From a bacterium (GTDB taxonomy: Bacteria > UBA8248): a stretch of DNA of 64,000 nucleotides. A model generated the notes under the pieces. The model saw nothing but the letters and a program-made list of their open reading frames with translations, did not search any database and was not told the origin of the DNA. The DNA lies in contig CBDCRP010000003.1 in assembly GCA_965221165.1 (NCBI GenBank), positions 416,001-480,000 of the forward strand, written 5' to 3'. Of this stretch, positions 9,902 through 19,848 are shown one piece after another. Position 1 is the first letter of the stretch. The number at the start of each line of letters is the position of its first letter. The position numbers and the translations under genes are program-made.

Positions 9902-10528
9902 ATGTCCTCTTTGGCAATACCGGCATGGGGATTTGGCCTTTTGGAAGCCCCGCACGAAGAGCACGAAGAGTCTGCCTGGATCAAGCGCTGCCAGAACGGC
10001 GACAAAGATGCTTTTGAACCTTTGGTTCGCCAGAATGCCGGAAAAATCCAACGCCTCGTGTGGGGGATGCTCGGTGAACGCAGAGAAGAGACCGACGATA
10101 TCGTTCAGGAAGTATTTCTGAAAGCGTATATCGCATTGCCCAGATTCAGAGGGGACGCCAGGTTCTCCACCTGGGTCTACCGTATCGCGGTCAACCATTG
10201 CCGCGATTACCTGAAGCGCGGCGCGCCATTGCCGGCAGAGTTCAGCGAAGAACAAATCGCCGATGATATCGTACCGGAAGACGCAGAGCACCAGGACGAG
10301 CAACGACTCATGCAAGAAAGACGCGCAAGCGATGAGCTTCAAAAACTCTTGGCGCAATTGCCGGAAAAACATCGCCGGATCCTGGTAATGCGCGAACTCG
10401 AGGGAATGAGCTACGAGGAGATTGGCGACGTGCTCCAGATCAAAGCCGGCACGGTGCGCTCGAGGCTGAACCGGGCGCGCGCAGGCATTCTGCGGGTGGC
10501 GGAGAATGCCCGGGAGGAGAAGTCATGA
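9902..10528 (+). CDS. ECF RNA polymerase sigma factor (RpoE-like)
   Basis: DDIVQEVFLKAY, FSTWVYRIAVNHC, EGMSYEEIG..L.IKAGTVRSRLNRAR. Confidence 0.92.
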   Translation: MSSLAIPAWGFGLLEAPHEEHEESAWIKRCQNGDKDAFEPLVRQNAGKIQRLVWGMLGERREETDDIVQEVFLKAYIALPRFRGDARFSTWVYRIAVNHCRDYLKRGAPLPAEFSEEQIADDIVPEDAEHQDEQRLMQERRASDELQKLLAQLPEKHRRILVMRELEGMSYEEIGDVLQIKAGTVRSRLNRARAGILRVAENAREEKS

Positions 10529-10980
10529 GCTGGTGGAAAGACCTCTTCGAGACCCATCGAAACGCGCAGGGTTGGGATGCTCCCCGACCGGAGAACGAGA
10601 CGGTCACCGAACTTCAAGCCCTATTCCAGGCCGCGCGAGATGATGCCCCGACGCCCGATGAGAAACTTTGGGAGAAGCTGCGCCCCCAGCTGGCCGCCCA
10701 TGAAACAGGAGTGCTCCGCCCCCTGTCGTTCATCACGACACTGGCCACTACGGGGCCGAGACTCGCCGTGGCGGCCCTGGGAGTCCTGCTCCTCGTTGCG
10801 AGCCTTTTCTGGAGCCAGGGCGCCGAGAGGCAGATGCGCGTTTTGGAACCCCAGACGAATCTGGTGGTCAATTTGGACAGAAATCCCCTGAACCCCATTG
10901 TGATGATTGGCAACGGCCTTGAAGCGCAAACGGGCCAGGATTTGCTCCAATACGTCGCCTACGGCTCACCAGAGCGTTAG
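10525..10980 (+). CDS. Putative single-pass anti-sigma factor
   Basis: ATGA-coupled to the sigma gene; short cytoplasmic N-domain, one TM (LAVAALGVLLLVASLFW), small periplasmic part; no HxxxCxxC. Confidence 0.6.
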   Translation: MSWWKDLFETHRNAQGWDAPRPENETVTELQALFQAARDDAPTPDEKLWEKLRPQLAAHETGVLRPLSFITTLATTGPRLAVAALGVLLLVASLFWSQGAERQMRVLEPQTNLVVNLDRNPLNPIVMIGNGLEAQTGQDLLQYVAYGSPER

Positions 10981-10997
10981 GCTTTGAGACAGAGACA

Positions 10998-11651
10998 ATG
11001 AAAACCTGGTTTACAAAAGAATTCATGAAGGCGTCGGCCGTGCTTTTCATAGTGTTCGCCGCGGGCGCAGGCACCGGCTATATCGGTGGACGCAAAAACG
11101 CGGAATACAAGCTTGGAAAGGAGCGAAAAATCTTTTCTGCGCGCGAGAGCCGCTCCCGGCTCGCCGAATCTGTAAAACCCTCCACGCTCCGGCGGGAGCG
11201 GAGCTCGAGGCCGAGGTCCGTGCAGGAAGGCAGAACCCGCGCTCCAGTGTCCCCAACACGCTCCATGAGCATGCAGGAGCAGGACTTGAATCTGCGCGCG
11301 CGGTTCCAAAAGATGGAGCGCGCGCCCCAGCACTCCCGTCGCGCCAGAGGTGAAAAACGTTTCATGCGCCGGCTGGAGCGGGACCTGAATCTCAACCCCG
11401 CGCAGCGCGATAACGTGGATCGCGTGCTCCAGCGCCATTATGAGCGGATTCGCGACATCAGGAACCAATTGAGGCCTCAGATCAATTCCATCATGCAGGA
11501 AATACGCAAGGATGTGCGCTCTTTCCTGGATAATGAGCAAAAAATATCCTTTGACCTTATGGTCAAGAAATTCGAGGAAAGACGCAAAAGGAGATGGAGA
11601 AAAGGCAGAAAGCACCACCCAGGCGACCCGGCCGGTCCGTCGAAGAAGTAG
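10998..11651 (+). CDS. Membrane-anchored, Arg-rich Spy/CpxP-like helical protein
   Basis: N-terminal TM (VLFIVFAAGAGTG); LNLNPAQ and LDNEQ LTxxQ-like motifs. Confidence 0.6.
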   Translation: MKTWFTKEFMKASAVLFIVFAAGAGTGYIGGRKNAEYKLGKERKIFSARESRSRLAESVKPSTLRRERSSRPRSVQEGRTRAPVSPTRSMSMQEQDLNLRARFQKMERAPQHSRRARGEKRFMRRLERDLNLNPAQRDNVDRVLQRHYERIRDIRNQLRPQINSIMQEIRKDVRSFLDNEQKISFDLMVKKFEERRKRRWRKGRKHHPGDPAGPSKK

Positions 11652-11718
11652 CAAGACCTTGTAGTAGATGCGATGCCGCCAAGATGAAACGCAAACGCCT
11701 TATCGGAGGAATTCGAAC

Positions 11719-12318
11719 ATGAAACGTCAGAAACGCCTCACCCTGTCGACAGCCGTCATGGCCGCCGTATTCAGCCTCGGTCTCGCAGGCACAGCCCTGG
11801 CCGCCAACGAGGAATCTTCCCAAGACCCCATGCCGAACTTTCCGCAAATCATCGAGAAAATGATGGAAGACGTACGTTTCGGCGGACATCGCAGAGGGCA
11901 CCGCGAACTTCCTTTCTCGGCGCGCCCGCTGGTTTCCATCTCGCTGCGGAATCACGAAGAGCTCAAGCTCTCCGACGATCAAGTGAAACTCCTCAAGGAC
12001 ATCAGGGACGCGTTTTCCAAAAAGGCGGTCAAACAACGCGCCGAAATGAAGTCCCGCAGAATCGACCTCAAGCGTGCGCTTGATAATGAGAAGGTCGACC
12101 TCACCGACGTGGAAAAGAAAATACGCGAGATCTCGAACATGCGGGCAGACTTGAGGATTGCGCGCCTCAAGGCGATTCAGGAGGGAAAATCCGTCCTGAA
12201 CGCCGAGCAGCAGAAGCAGCTATCGAAAATCGCCCGCAAGCGTCCCGGCCGGGGTCCCAGATTCCACCGGCAAATGTTCAAAGACCACGGCTTCGGGAAC
12301 CGGTCTCAGACTTATTAA
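11719..12318 (+). CDS. Spy/CpxP family periplasmic protein (LTxxQ motifs)
   Basis: GGAGG RBS; signal peptide ending ALA; LKLSDDQ and VLNAEQ motifs. Confidence 0.8.
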   Translation: MKRQKRLTLSTAVMAAVFSLGLAGTALAANEESSQDPMPNFPQIIEKMMEDVRFGGHRRGHRELPFSARPLVSISLRNHEELKLSDDQVKLLKDIRDAFSKKAVKQRAEMKSRRIDLKRALDNEKVDLTDVEKKIREISNMRADLRIARLKAIQEGKSVLNAEQQKQLSKIARKRPGRGPRFHRQMFKDHGFGNRSQTY

Positions 12319-12393
12319 GTATCTCTGCCCCCCTGCGGCATGGCCTGAAGAGCCGTGCCGCAGGGACCCGGGGCATCTTGTTCGGAGCGGACC

Positions 12394-12543
12394 ATGTGGA
12401 TTTTGATGTATGAGATATATGCCGGTTACGATTTGCTCGATTTCGCCCTGATAAGCGCCATCATCACGGCTTCGGGGATGGTGTGTATTCTCCTGCGAGA
12501 ACTCTGGCGGGATGATTTCCCAAGCGCAGCCACATCCGAGTAA
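12394..12543 (+). CDS. Possible small single-TM protein (49 aa)
   Basis: GGAG before ATG 12394; hydrophobic FALISAIITASGMVCILL. Confidence 0.3.
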   Translation: MWILMYEIYAGYDLLDFALISAIITASGMVCILLRELWRDDFPSAATSE

Positions 12544-12609
12544 CGCCGGCGCTCCCACCCAAATCCAGTCACTCCAAACGCCAGGCAGGAATTGAAATTC
12601 TCCGGCTTT

Positions 12610-13446
12610 TCATAATTTGATTCCAAGGAAGGCTTCTTCCGTCATCTCTCCCTGGTAGACGAGCCTGGTTTCCCCTTCCATATAGACATCGCGAACTTCC
12701 GCTCCGCTGCCTTCAAAATAGATCTTGAGTATCTCCCCGCTGCGCACTTTTACGTCCACGGGCGCGGTTACAAACCCGCGCGTGGCGGCGAGTACCGCCG
12801 TGGCCACGGCGCCCGTGCCGCAGGCGAGGGTTTCATTCTCCACCCCTCGCTCATACGTTCTTAAAATCAAAGAACTATCCCCGCTTACCTGAGCGAAATT
12901 CGCATTCGCACCCGCCGGAGCAAACTCACCATGGGTCCGAATCGCCCGGCCATCGGCCACGATATCGACCGTCTCGACATCGCTCATGAATTCCACGGCA
13001 TGGGGGACGCCGGTATTCATGTGATCCAGTAGCACTCCCCTTCCGTTGATATCGAGCCGAATCCCCGCGCGATAATCAAAGGGCCGGGTCATTCTCAGCT
13101 TTACCCTTGAATCGCTCATCGTCGCATCGATGACGCCGGCGATGGTCTCGAACGACACCGAATCCGTGGCGATTCCCAACTCTTTCGCAAAGCGCGCGGC
13201 GCAACGCCCGCCGTTTCCGCACATCTCGCCCTCGGAGCCATCGGCGTTGAAAAACCGCCACTTGAAATCGGCCCGTTCGCTCGGCTCGATGAACATCAGC
13301 CCGTCGGCGCCCACGGACTGGCCCCTGCGGCAGACTCTTTGGACGAACCCAATCATCTCATCGGCCTGGTGCTCCAGATTTCTGTTGTCGATGAATATAA
13401 AATCGTTGCCGCTTCCGCTGAACTTGGTGAATGCGATTTTATTCAC
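12610..13446 (-). CDS. dapF: Diaminopimelate epimerase
   Basis: GSGNDF, EMCGNGGRC, TYERGVENETLACGTG. Confidence 0.97.
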   Translation of the reverse strand: MNKIAFTKFSGSGNDFIFIDNRNLEHQADEMIGFVQRVCRRGQSVGADGLMFIEPSERADFKWRFFNADGSEGEMCGNGGRCAARFAKELGIATDSVSFETIAGVIDATMSDSRVKLRMTRPFDYRAGIRLDINGRGVLLDHMNTGVPHAVEFMSDVETVDIVADGRAIRTHGEFAPAGANANFAQVSGDSSLILRTYERGVENETLACGTGAVATAVLAATRGFVTAPVDVKVRSGEILKIYFEGSGAEVRDVYMEGETRLVYQGEMTEEAFLGIKL

Positions 13447-14720
13447 GAAATCCGCCTTTCCTCGATAAATGCCGGTATGTGCTCGCCGCGAATGAGATCA
13501 TCATACGTCTCGCGTTCCCTGATTATATGATACGCATCCCCGGACACAAGAATCTCAGGGGGACGGGGGCGCGAATTGTAGTTCGACGCCATGGTGAAGC
13601 CATATGCGCCCGAACTCATGACGGCCACCAAATCGTCCCTGTGAAGCTCCGGCAAATCCCGGTCTTTGGCCAGATAATCCCCGCTTTCACATATGGGACC
13701 GACCAGATCCGTGAGATGTTTCGTTCTTCCCCGCACCGCTTCCTCCACGGGCCACACATCCTGGAAGGCCTGGTACAGACTGGGCCGGATGAGGTCGTTC
13801 ATGCCCGCGTCGATGATCACGAAGCGCTTATCGGGATTTCTCTTCTCATACAGCACCCGCGTGACGAGAATGCCCGCGTTGCCCGTGATGACGCGACCGG
13901 GCTCGAAAATTAACGTGCATCCCAAATCCTTGAGTTTTGGCAATATGGCCTCCGCATAGTCTTTCGGCAGAGGCGGCGCCTCATCGTTGTAGGTGATGCC
14001 GAGGCCGCCGCCCAGGTTGAGGTAGCGGATGTCGTGCCCGTCACCCTGCAACTCGCCCACCAGACGCACCACAATTGCCACCGCATCCGCGAAAGGAGTG
14101 CTCGACGTTATCTGGCTTCCGATGTGGCAATGCACGCCGGATGGTTCGATGCCATCGAGTTTCGCGGCCGTCTGGTACTGCTCCCTGGCCCGGTTGATAT
14201 CAATGCCGAACTTGCTCTTCTTCAGGCCGGTGGCGATATAGGGATGGGTTTGGGGGTCGACGTCGGGGTTTACCCGAATCGCGACTTGCGCTTGTTTGCC
14301 CATGCGATTCGCCACCGCGCCGATATTCACCAACTCCTCTTCGCTCTCCACGTTGAACAACAACACGCCTTTTTCGAGCGCATAGGCAATCTCATCATCC
14401 GATTTTCCGACACCGGCGAACACGATTCGCTCAGCCGGCATCCCGGCCTTGACCGCACGAAACAATTCTCCTCCCGAAACGATATCCAATCCCCCGCCCA
14501 TCGCGCCGAACAGCCGGAGTATCGCCAGGTTCGAATTGCTCTTCATGGCGAAGCAGATGAGGTGCGAAACGGATGAGAACGCCTCGTCGAACACGCGGAA
14601 ATGACGCGAGAGCGTCTCATGGCTGTAGGCGTAAAAAGGCGTCCCCACCTCCTTCGCCAGCCGCGTCAAGGATACGTTTTCGGCGTGTAATTCTCCATTT
14701 TTGTAATCAAAATGGTGCAT
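13443..14720 (-). CDS. lysA: Diaminopimelate decarboxylase
   Basis: FAMKSNSN, HCHIGSQ, EPGR, GPICESGD, GAYG. Confidence 0.97.
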   Translation of the reverse strand: MHHFDYKNGELHAENVSLTRLAKEVGTPFYAYSHETLSRHFRVFDEAFSSVSHLICFAMKSNSNLAILRLFGAMGGGLDIVSGGELFRAVKAGMPAERIVFAGVGKSDDEIAYALEKGVLLFNVESEEELVNIGAVANRMGKQAQVAIRVNPDVDPQTHPYIATGLKKSKFGIDINRAREQYQTAAKLDGIEPSGVHCHIGSQITSSTPFADAVAIVVRLVGELQGDGHDIRYLNLGGGLGITYNDEAPPLPKDYAEAILPKLKDLGCTLIFEPGRVITGNAGILVTRVLYEKRNPDKRFVIIDAGMNDLIRPSLYQAFQDVWPVEEAVRGRTKHLTDLVGPICESGDYLAKDRDLPELHRDDLVAVMSSGAYGFTMASNYNSRPRPPEILVSGDAYHIIRERETYDDLIRGEHIPAFIEERRIS

Positions 14721-14761
14721 TCCTCAAGCTCTCTTTCCGAGTCCTGTGAGGTACAAGGTTC

Positions 14762-14881
14762 TTACAAACTCTTGGCAACCGGACTCTTGGGAGGTTTTGG
14801 CGGTCCTTTGACCCCGCAACCCATGGACATCCAGGCTATTCCGACCATCAGGATGCTTACAAGTAAAATTCTCTTCATCAT
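14762..14881 (-). CDS. lptM: LptM/YifL-type small lipoprotein (39 aa)
   Basis: Hand-translated MMKRILLVSILMVGIAWMSMG-CGVKGPPKPPKSPVAKSL; CGxKGP motif and position upstream of lysA-dapF match YifL/LppL. Confidence 0.75.
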   Translation of the reverse strand: MMKRILLVSILMVGIAWMSMGCGVKGPPKPPKSPVAKSL

Positions 14882-14882
14882 T

Positions 14883-16295
14883 CTACATCCCCAAATGTTT
14901 TTTTTCAGCCCGAATCTGGGCCTTGACGCTTCTCCTGGAAGCGCCGCCCGAACTGCTTCTCGAGCGCAGGGATTTCACCAAATCCGTTTCCGCCAAATCA
15001 CCCATATCGAGGTGGGAGTCGGCCTGCTTCATATCAGAAGCGCTCAACTCCTTGAGAGCCGCTCCTTTGTCGATAGCGATTCTCACCGCGCGCCCCGCCG
15101 CCTCGTGCGCCTGACGAAAGGGAACCCCCCGCCGCACCATGGCATCCGCCAAGTCCGTCGCCGTCATATACCCGCCTTCTGCGGCCTGGGCCATTCTTTG
15201 CGGCCTAAACCGCATGGATTCGACCATGGGCGCCATGACTTCCAAACAGGCCAGCAGCGTATCGGCGGCATCGAACAGGGATTCTTTGTCCTCCTGCATA
15301 TCGCGGTTATAGGTAAGCGGCAAGCCTTTCATCAAGGTGAGCAGGGCGATGAAATCTCCGAAAACGCGCCCGCTTTTACCCCGGACGATCTCGGCCACAT
15401 CCGGGTTTTTTTTCTGCGGCATCAAAGAACTGCCCGTTGCGAAGGAATCCGCCAGTTCGACAAAGCCGAACTCCCCACTCGCCCAGAGAACGACTTCCTC
15501 CCCCAGTCTGCTCAAGTGCATCATCGCAATAGCGGCGGCAGACGTGAATTCCAGGGCGAAATCCCGATCGCTCACCGCATCCATACTGTTCTCCGCAACG
15601 GAAGCGAACCCGAGCTTCTTCGCTACCCCTTTTCTGTCTATCGGGTGGCTGGTGCCCGCAAGCGCGCCCGAACCCAACGGCAAGACATTCACGCGGGCGC
15701 GCACTTCTCCGAAACGCTCCCCGTCGCGCCGCAACATCTGGGAATATGCGAGCAAATGATGCGCCAGGGAAACGGGCTGCGCGCGCTGTAGGTGCGTGTA
15801 GCCCGGCATCACCGTGTCGATATGTGACTCCGCTTGATCCAGCAAGGCGCGCCTCAGCTTCAGAAGCGCCTCTTGTGTCTCGTCGATCCGGTTTCTGAGC
15901 CATAGCCTGAGCGACGTGGCCACCTGGTCGTTTCGGCTCCGGGCCGTATGCAACCGCCCGCCGGCGGCTCCGATTCGCTTCGTCAGCGCCGCCTCGATAT
16001 TCATGTGCACATCTTCCAGGTCGGCCTGGAACCTGAATTTATTCGCCTCCACATCCCTTAGAATGGTCTTGAGGCCAGAGACGATTTTCCGGGCATCGGC
16101 TTTCGTGATGATGCCTTGCGCCCCCAGCATTTCCGCATGCGCGATGGAAGCGATGATGTCATACGGCGCCAGACGGCAATCGAAAGAAACGCTTTCGGTA
16201 AAAGCCTCCACGCGCGCGTCGGTACCCCCCTGGAACCTTCCACCCCAGGGTTTTCGGGTTTTTGCATTTTTAGACTTCACTTCGCGCCTCGACAT
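14883..16295 (-). CDS. argH: Argininosuccinate lyase
   Basis: WGGRF, LHTARSRNDQ, GYTHLQRAQP, GSSLMPQKKNPD. Confidence 0.97.
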   Translation of the reverse strand: MSRREVKSKNAKTRKPWGGRFQGGTDARVEAFTESVSFDCRLAPYDIIASIAHAEMLGAQGIITKADARKIVSGLKTILRDVEANKFRFQADLEDVHMNIEAALTKRIGAAGGRLHTARSRNDQVATSLRLWLRNRIDETQEALLKLRRALLDQAESHIDTVMPGYTHLQRAQPVSLAHHLLAYSQMLRRDGERFGEVRARVNVLPLGSGALAGTSHPIDRKGVAKKLGFASVAENSMDAVSDRDFALEFTSAAAIAMMHLSRLGEEVVLWASGEFGFVELADSFATGSSLMPQKKNPDVAEIVRGKSGRVFGDFIALLTLMKGLPLTYNRDMQEDKESLFDAADTLLACLEVMAPMVESMRFRPQRMAQAAEGGYMTATDLADAMVRRGVPFRQAHEAAGRAVRIAIDKGAALKELSASDMKQADSHLDMGDLAETDLVKSLRSRSSSGGASRRSVKAQIRAEKKHLGM

Positions 16296-16631
16296 CTTCA
16301 GGTCTTCCTTTTTCAAGCCCTGTCCCCTCCGAGAGTGTACACCCAAGGGGCACAAAGAAAACTGCTTACACGATAGCAGGGATAAAGGGCAACCAAGGGA
16401 GGTGGAAATCGGGGAAAATTCACACTCCCCCGTCTCTTATCCTTCCGCCTCTTCGGTGGACACGGCAAAAAACGCCCCGGCCCCCGCAACCGCACTATTT
16501 TTCCAAAAGCCTGACCGCGTGTTTGGGATATTAACGCAGGGAAGCGAGGAGAATTCCCCCCGTCCGCTTGCGGGCAAGCACCGCATCTTCTAGGATGAAT
16601 CCCTTAAAGCCATTTTATCAAACCTTGCGGC

Positions 16632-17933
16632 TTGCTTTTTGGGAAAACGCATTTGGAACAAAGACACCGTTTATTCTCATCCAGACAATGGATTTTCATC
16701 GTCTCCGCTTTTGTTCTCATGGGGCTCTTCTCGGGCCTTAATTTTCTTTTCGGCGTATTCCTGAACCCCCTGATTGATGAATTCGCCTGGAACCGCTCGA
16801 CGGCCTCGGCGGCGTATTCCCTCAACATGTTCATGATAGCGTTCTGCTCGATGATTGCGGGCGGCTTCTCCGATAAATTCGGCACGAGACCCGTGCTGAT
16901 CATCGGGATTCTGATCGCCGGCGGTTCGCTGCTTCTTTCTTTCTTCATCCAGAATTTATGGCACTACTTCCTGTTCACCGGCGTGATGGCGGGCACGGGA
17001 CGCGCGGCCATCGCAACGCCCGTGCAAGCCTTCATACAACGCAACATGAACAGACACCGGGGGCTGGCCACCGGGCTGGCCGGCTCGGGCACGGGTCTCG
17101 GCATATTGATCCTGGCGCCCCTCACCGGCTTTTTCATAAGCAATCACGGATGGAGAGCCTCCTATCTGTACCTGGGAATCATCTTTTTCGTTCTCGCCAT
17201 ACCCGCGGCAATGTCCCTGAAGCCGCAAAAACAATCCCTGACGGGCGGCAATGGCCACAACCACCCCTCGGCCAGACAGGAAGAACCCGCCCCGATTCTT
17301 CCCGAAGCGTCCATGGGAATGCGGGAAATTCTCAAGCGCAGGCCTTTTTGGATGATCATTTCCAGTCACGCCACCGACTGCATGTGCCACTCGGTTCTCA
17401 TCGTTCACCTGGTGCCCATCGCGATTGAGGCAGGCATACCGCACCTACAGGCGGCGGGCCTCGTGGGCGTCATGGGTTTGGGGACGCTCATCGGACGAAT
17501 CGGCATGGGCGTACTGTCGGACCGCATCGGCGCAAAATGGGCGTTGTTCACCACGCTTGTTACTCAAACATCAGCCGTTCCCTTCCTATTCTGGATAGAA
17601 TCTCCCTTCGCGTTCTATGCCGTCGCCCTGGTGGTCGGGGTCGGCATGGGAGGACACGGGACGATGTATCCCGTGGTCACGCGCGAATACTATGGCCCTA
17701 AAAAAATAGGCATCCTGTTCGGGGCCTTCATTACCGGCGCAAGCGCGGGAATGGCCACGGGCGGGTTCATGGGCGGATTGCTTCACGATCTGACGGGCGA
17801 CTACACGCTCTCCATCCTGTTCAGCTTCCTGACCGGAGTCGCCTCCTTGCTCTTCGTGCTCTCCTACCCCTCCAGAGAGAATCCGGGAAGAAAAAAGGAT
17901 ATGGCGACCACCCTCGTTCAGCCTGCTGGGTAG
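16632..17933 (+). CDS. MFS transporter (MCT/OFA-like)
   Basis: About 12 hydrophobic segments; GGFSDKFGTR and GVLSDRIGAK MFS loop motifs. Confidence 0.88.
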   Translation: MLFGKTHLEQRHRLFSSRQWIFIVSAFVLMGLFSGLNFLFGVFLNPLIDEFAWNRSTASAAYSLNMFMIAFCSMIAGGFSDKFGTRPVLIIGILIAGGSLLLSFFIQNLWHYFLFTGVMAGTGRAAIATPVQAFIQRNMNRHRGLATGLAGSGTGLGILILAPLTGFFISNHGWRASYLYLGIIFFVLAIPAAMSLKPQKQSLTGGNGHNHPSARQEEPAPILPEASMGMREILKRRPFWMIISSHATDCMCHSVLIVHLVPIAIEAGIPHLQAAGLVGVMGLGTLIGRIGMGVLSDRIGAKWALFTTLVTQTSAVPFLFWIESPFAFYAVALVVGVGMGGHGTMYPVVTREYYGPKKIGILFGAFITGASAGMATGGFMGGLLHDLTGDYTLSILFSFLTGVASLLFVLSYPSRENPGRKKDMATTLVQPAG

Positions 17934-17969
17934 GAAACATCCATTTCTTCGAAGACCCCCTGTCTTCTC

Positions 17970-17998
17970 TTGACACCCACCATTTGTGTTGATACGTT
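17970..17998 (+). promoter_or_regulatory. Candidate sigma70 promoter of the F0 locus
   Basis: TTGACA-N17-TACGTT with TGn extension. Confidence 0.45.
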
Positions 17999-18048
17999 CC
18001 CGCCCGTAAATTTCGTTGCCGCACTTCTCCTCCGGGGAGAAAGAAGGT

Positions 18049-18312
18049 ATGGCTTCCGATCCTTCTCCAGGACCAAGTCGCGGACCACAGGCGAAGAAAA
18101 CAACGAAGTCAAGAGATCAGAAAATCCGCAAGGGTGTCCGCAACGTGCATCTGGCGACGCTGGGATGGAATTTTGTGACCGCTCCGCTCGTAGGGGGCGG
18201 GATTGGATATGTCATTGATTTGTATGTGGGTTCATATCCCTGGGCGATGGTAGTCGGATTGTTTTTGGGTTTTGTTTCTGCTTTTATCGATCTCATCAGA
18301 GGCGTTCGCTGA
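18049..18312 (+). CDS. atpZ: AtpZ/AtpI-family (ATPase gene 1) protein
   Basis: GGGIGYVID...PWAMVVGLFLG pattern; first gene of the F0 cluster. Confidence 0.8.
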   Translation: MASDPSPGPSRGPQAKKTTKSRDQKIRKGVRNVHLATLGWNFVTAPLVGGGIGYVIDLYVGSYPWAMVVGLFLGFVSAFIDLIRGVR

Positions 18313-18702
18313 ATGCAAAACCAACCATCACTCGCCCTCAGAAGCATCGAGAACTCCGGCTGGCTGATTCTGGCGATCATGAGTCTGGGAGGACTGATTC
18401 TGGGGGATGTTTCGACGGCTATCGGCGTGGCGATTGGCGGAGCGTGCGCGCTTGGAAGTTTCCGGTTGATGGATGTATACTTCGCCCGCTTATTTCGAAA
18501 AAACATGAACCGCCCTAAATGGTGGCACCACGTCTTATACATTTTGCGATTCGTTGCTCTCATCGGGATTGTAGCGCTTGCGATAGGTTGGGCTCGGCTT
18601 CCCGTCGTGAGCGTAGTGATAGGACTGACCATTCCACCATTGGCCATATTCATCCACGGGGCTCGAAGCGCCCTCCGAACACAAGGATCGACAAGAGCAT
18701 AA
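18313..18702 (+). CDS. atpI: ATP synthase protein I
   Basis: Four-TM small protein between atpZ and atpB. Confidence 0.75.
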   Translation: MQNQPSLALRSIENSGWLILAIMSLGGLILGDVSTAIGVAIGGACALGSFRLMDVYFARLFRKNMNRPKWWHHVLYILRFVALIGIVALAIGWARLPVVSVVIGLTIPPLAIFIHGARSALRTQGSTRA

Positions 18703-18705
18703 CAC

Positions 18706-19425
18706 ATGGAAAAATTTCACCCGTTCTTATATTTCGACATCTTCCCCGGCCTGTCCGCATATCCGAACATCGTATACAGCTGGGTGGTGATGCTGCTCCT
18801 CATCGTGAGTTCACTGCTCGTTACGAAAACGCTGCAAAAGATCCCCTTTGGCGGGCAAAACGTGTTCGAGGCGATTTTCGATGCGTTTTCCGCTTTCATG
18901 GAAGGCCCCCTCGGCAAAGAGGGAAAACCCTTTTTCCCCCTCGTATTCACATTAGGCACCTATATTTTCCTGTGTAACGTCATTGGAATCATACCCGGCT
19001 TCATGGCGCCGACGAGCAACCTGAACACCAATGTGGGTTGCGCGCTCACCGTATTTCTCGCTACACACTATGTCGGACTCAAGAGAAACGGGATGGAGTA
19101 TCTCAAGCATTTCACGGGTCCCATCATTTGGCTGGCTCCGCTCATGGTTCCCATCGAGATCATCTCTCATCTCAGCCGTCCCCTATCGCTCACTTTGCGC
19201 CTTTTCGGAAACATAACGGGCGAGGAATTGGTGCTCGGCGTTCTGATGCTGCTGTGCCTGCAAATTTTCCTTCCCCTTCCCTGGGCGATGCAGCTGTTCA
19301 TTATTTTCGGAAGTTTCATTCAAGCCTTTGTTTTCACCCTCTTGACCATGATATATATCGCCGGGTCTCTCGAAGGACACGACCACGACGAAGAACATGG
19401 GCATGAGGCCGCCCACGCTCATTAA
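18706..19425 (+). CDS. atpB: F0F1 ATP synthase subunit a
   Basis: APTSNLN, EIISHLSRPLSLTLRLFGN, IQAFVFTLL; His-rich tail. Confidence 0.96.
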   Translation: MEKFHPFLYFDIFPGLSAYPNIVYSWVVMLLLIVSSLLVTKTLQKIPFGGQNVFEAIFDAFSAFMEGPLGKEGKPFFPLVFTLGTYIFLCNVIGIIPGFMAPTSNLNTNVGCALTVFLATHYVGLKRNGMEYLKHFTGPIIWLAPLMVPIEIISHLSRPLSLTLRLFGNITGEELVLGVLMLLCLQIFLPLPWAMQLFIIFGSFIQAFVFTLLTMIYIAGSLEGHDHDEEHGHEAAHAH

Positions 19426-19471
19426 CAATAACGGGCCACTTAGAAATCACTTCAACAAGGAGATGTAAGGC

Positions 19472-19792
19472 ATGAAACGTTTGGGAATGATCGGATTCAC
19501 CTTAGCCAGCTTCGTAGCCATGGCCACCAATGCGTTCGCCGCCGCCGCCGGTGATGCCGGAAGCGGTGAAGTCCTGAAATGGAGAATGATCTCCTCGTCA
19601 TTCGCTTTGGCCATCGCCGCGGTCGGCGGCGCTTTCGCCCAGGGCAGGAGCATTGCCAGTGCGTTGGACGGCACGGCGCGCAACCCGGGGGCAGGCGGAG
19701 ATATCCGCGTGTCGATGATCATTGGTCTCGCTTTGATCGAGTCCCTCGTCATTTACACGTTCGTCATCTGCCTCATCATCATCCTTGGCTAG
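19472..19792 (+). CDS. atpE: F0F1 ATP synthase subunit c with N-terminal extension
   Basis: AAGGAG RBS; ARNP loop; LIESLVIY carboxylate helix. Confidence 0.95.
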   Translation: MKRLGMIGFTLASFVAMATNAFAAAAGDAGSGEVLKWRMISSSFALAIAAVGGAFAQGRSIASALDGTARNPGAGGDIRVSMIIGLALIESLVIYTFVICLIIILG

Positions 19793-19816
19793 ATAAAACA
19801 GTATTCGCAACACCCA

Positions 19817-19848
19817 AAAAAGGGGGAGCCCGGCGGCTCCCCCTTTTC
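19817..19848 (+). terminator. Intrinsic terminator after atpE (possibly bidirectional)
   Basis: AAAAGGGGGAGCC-CGGC-GGCTCCCCCTTTT. Confidence 0.8.

Noticed and set aside
14712-15791. Long antisense ORFs over argH (and likewise over ilvB, purB, purL, rpsA)
   Set aside because: Expected shadows of GC-rich coding strands.
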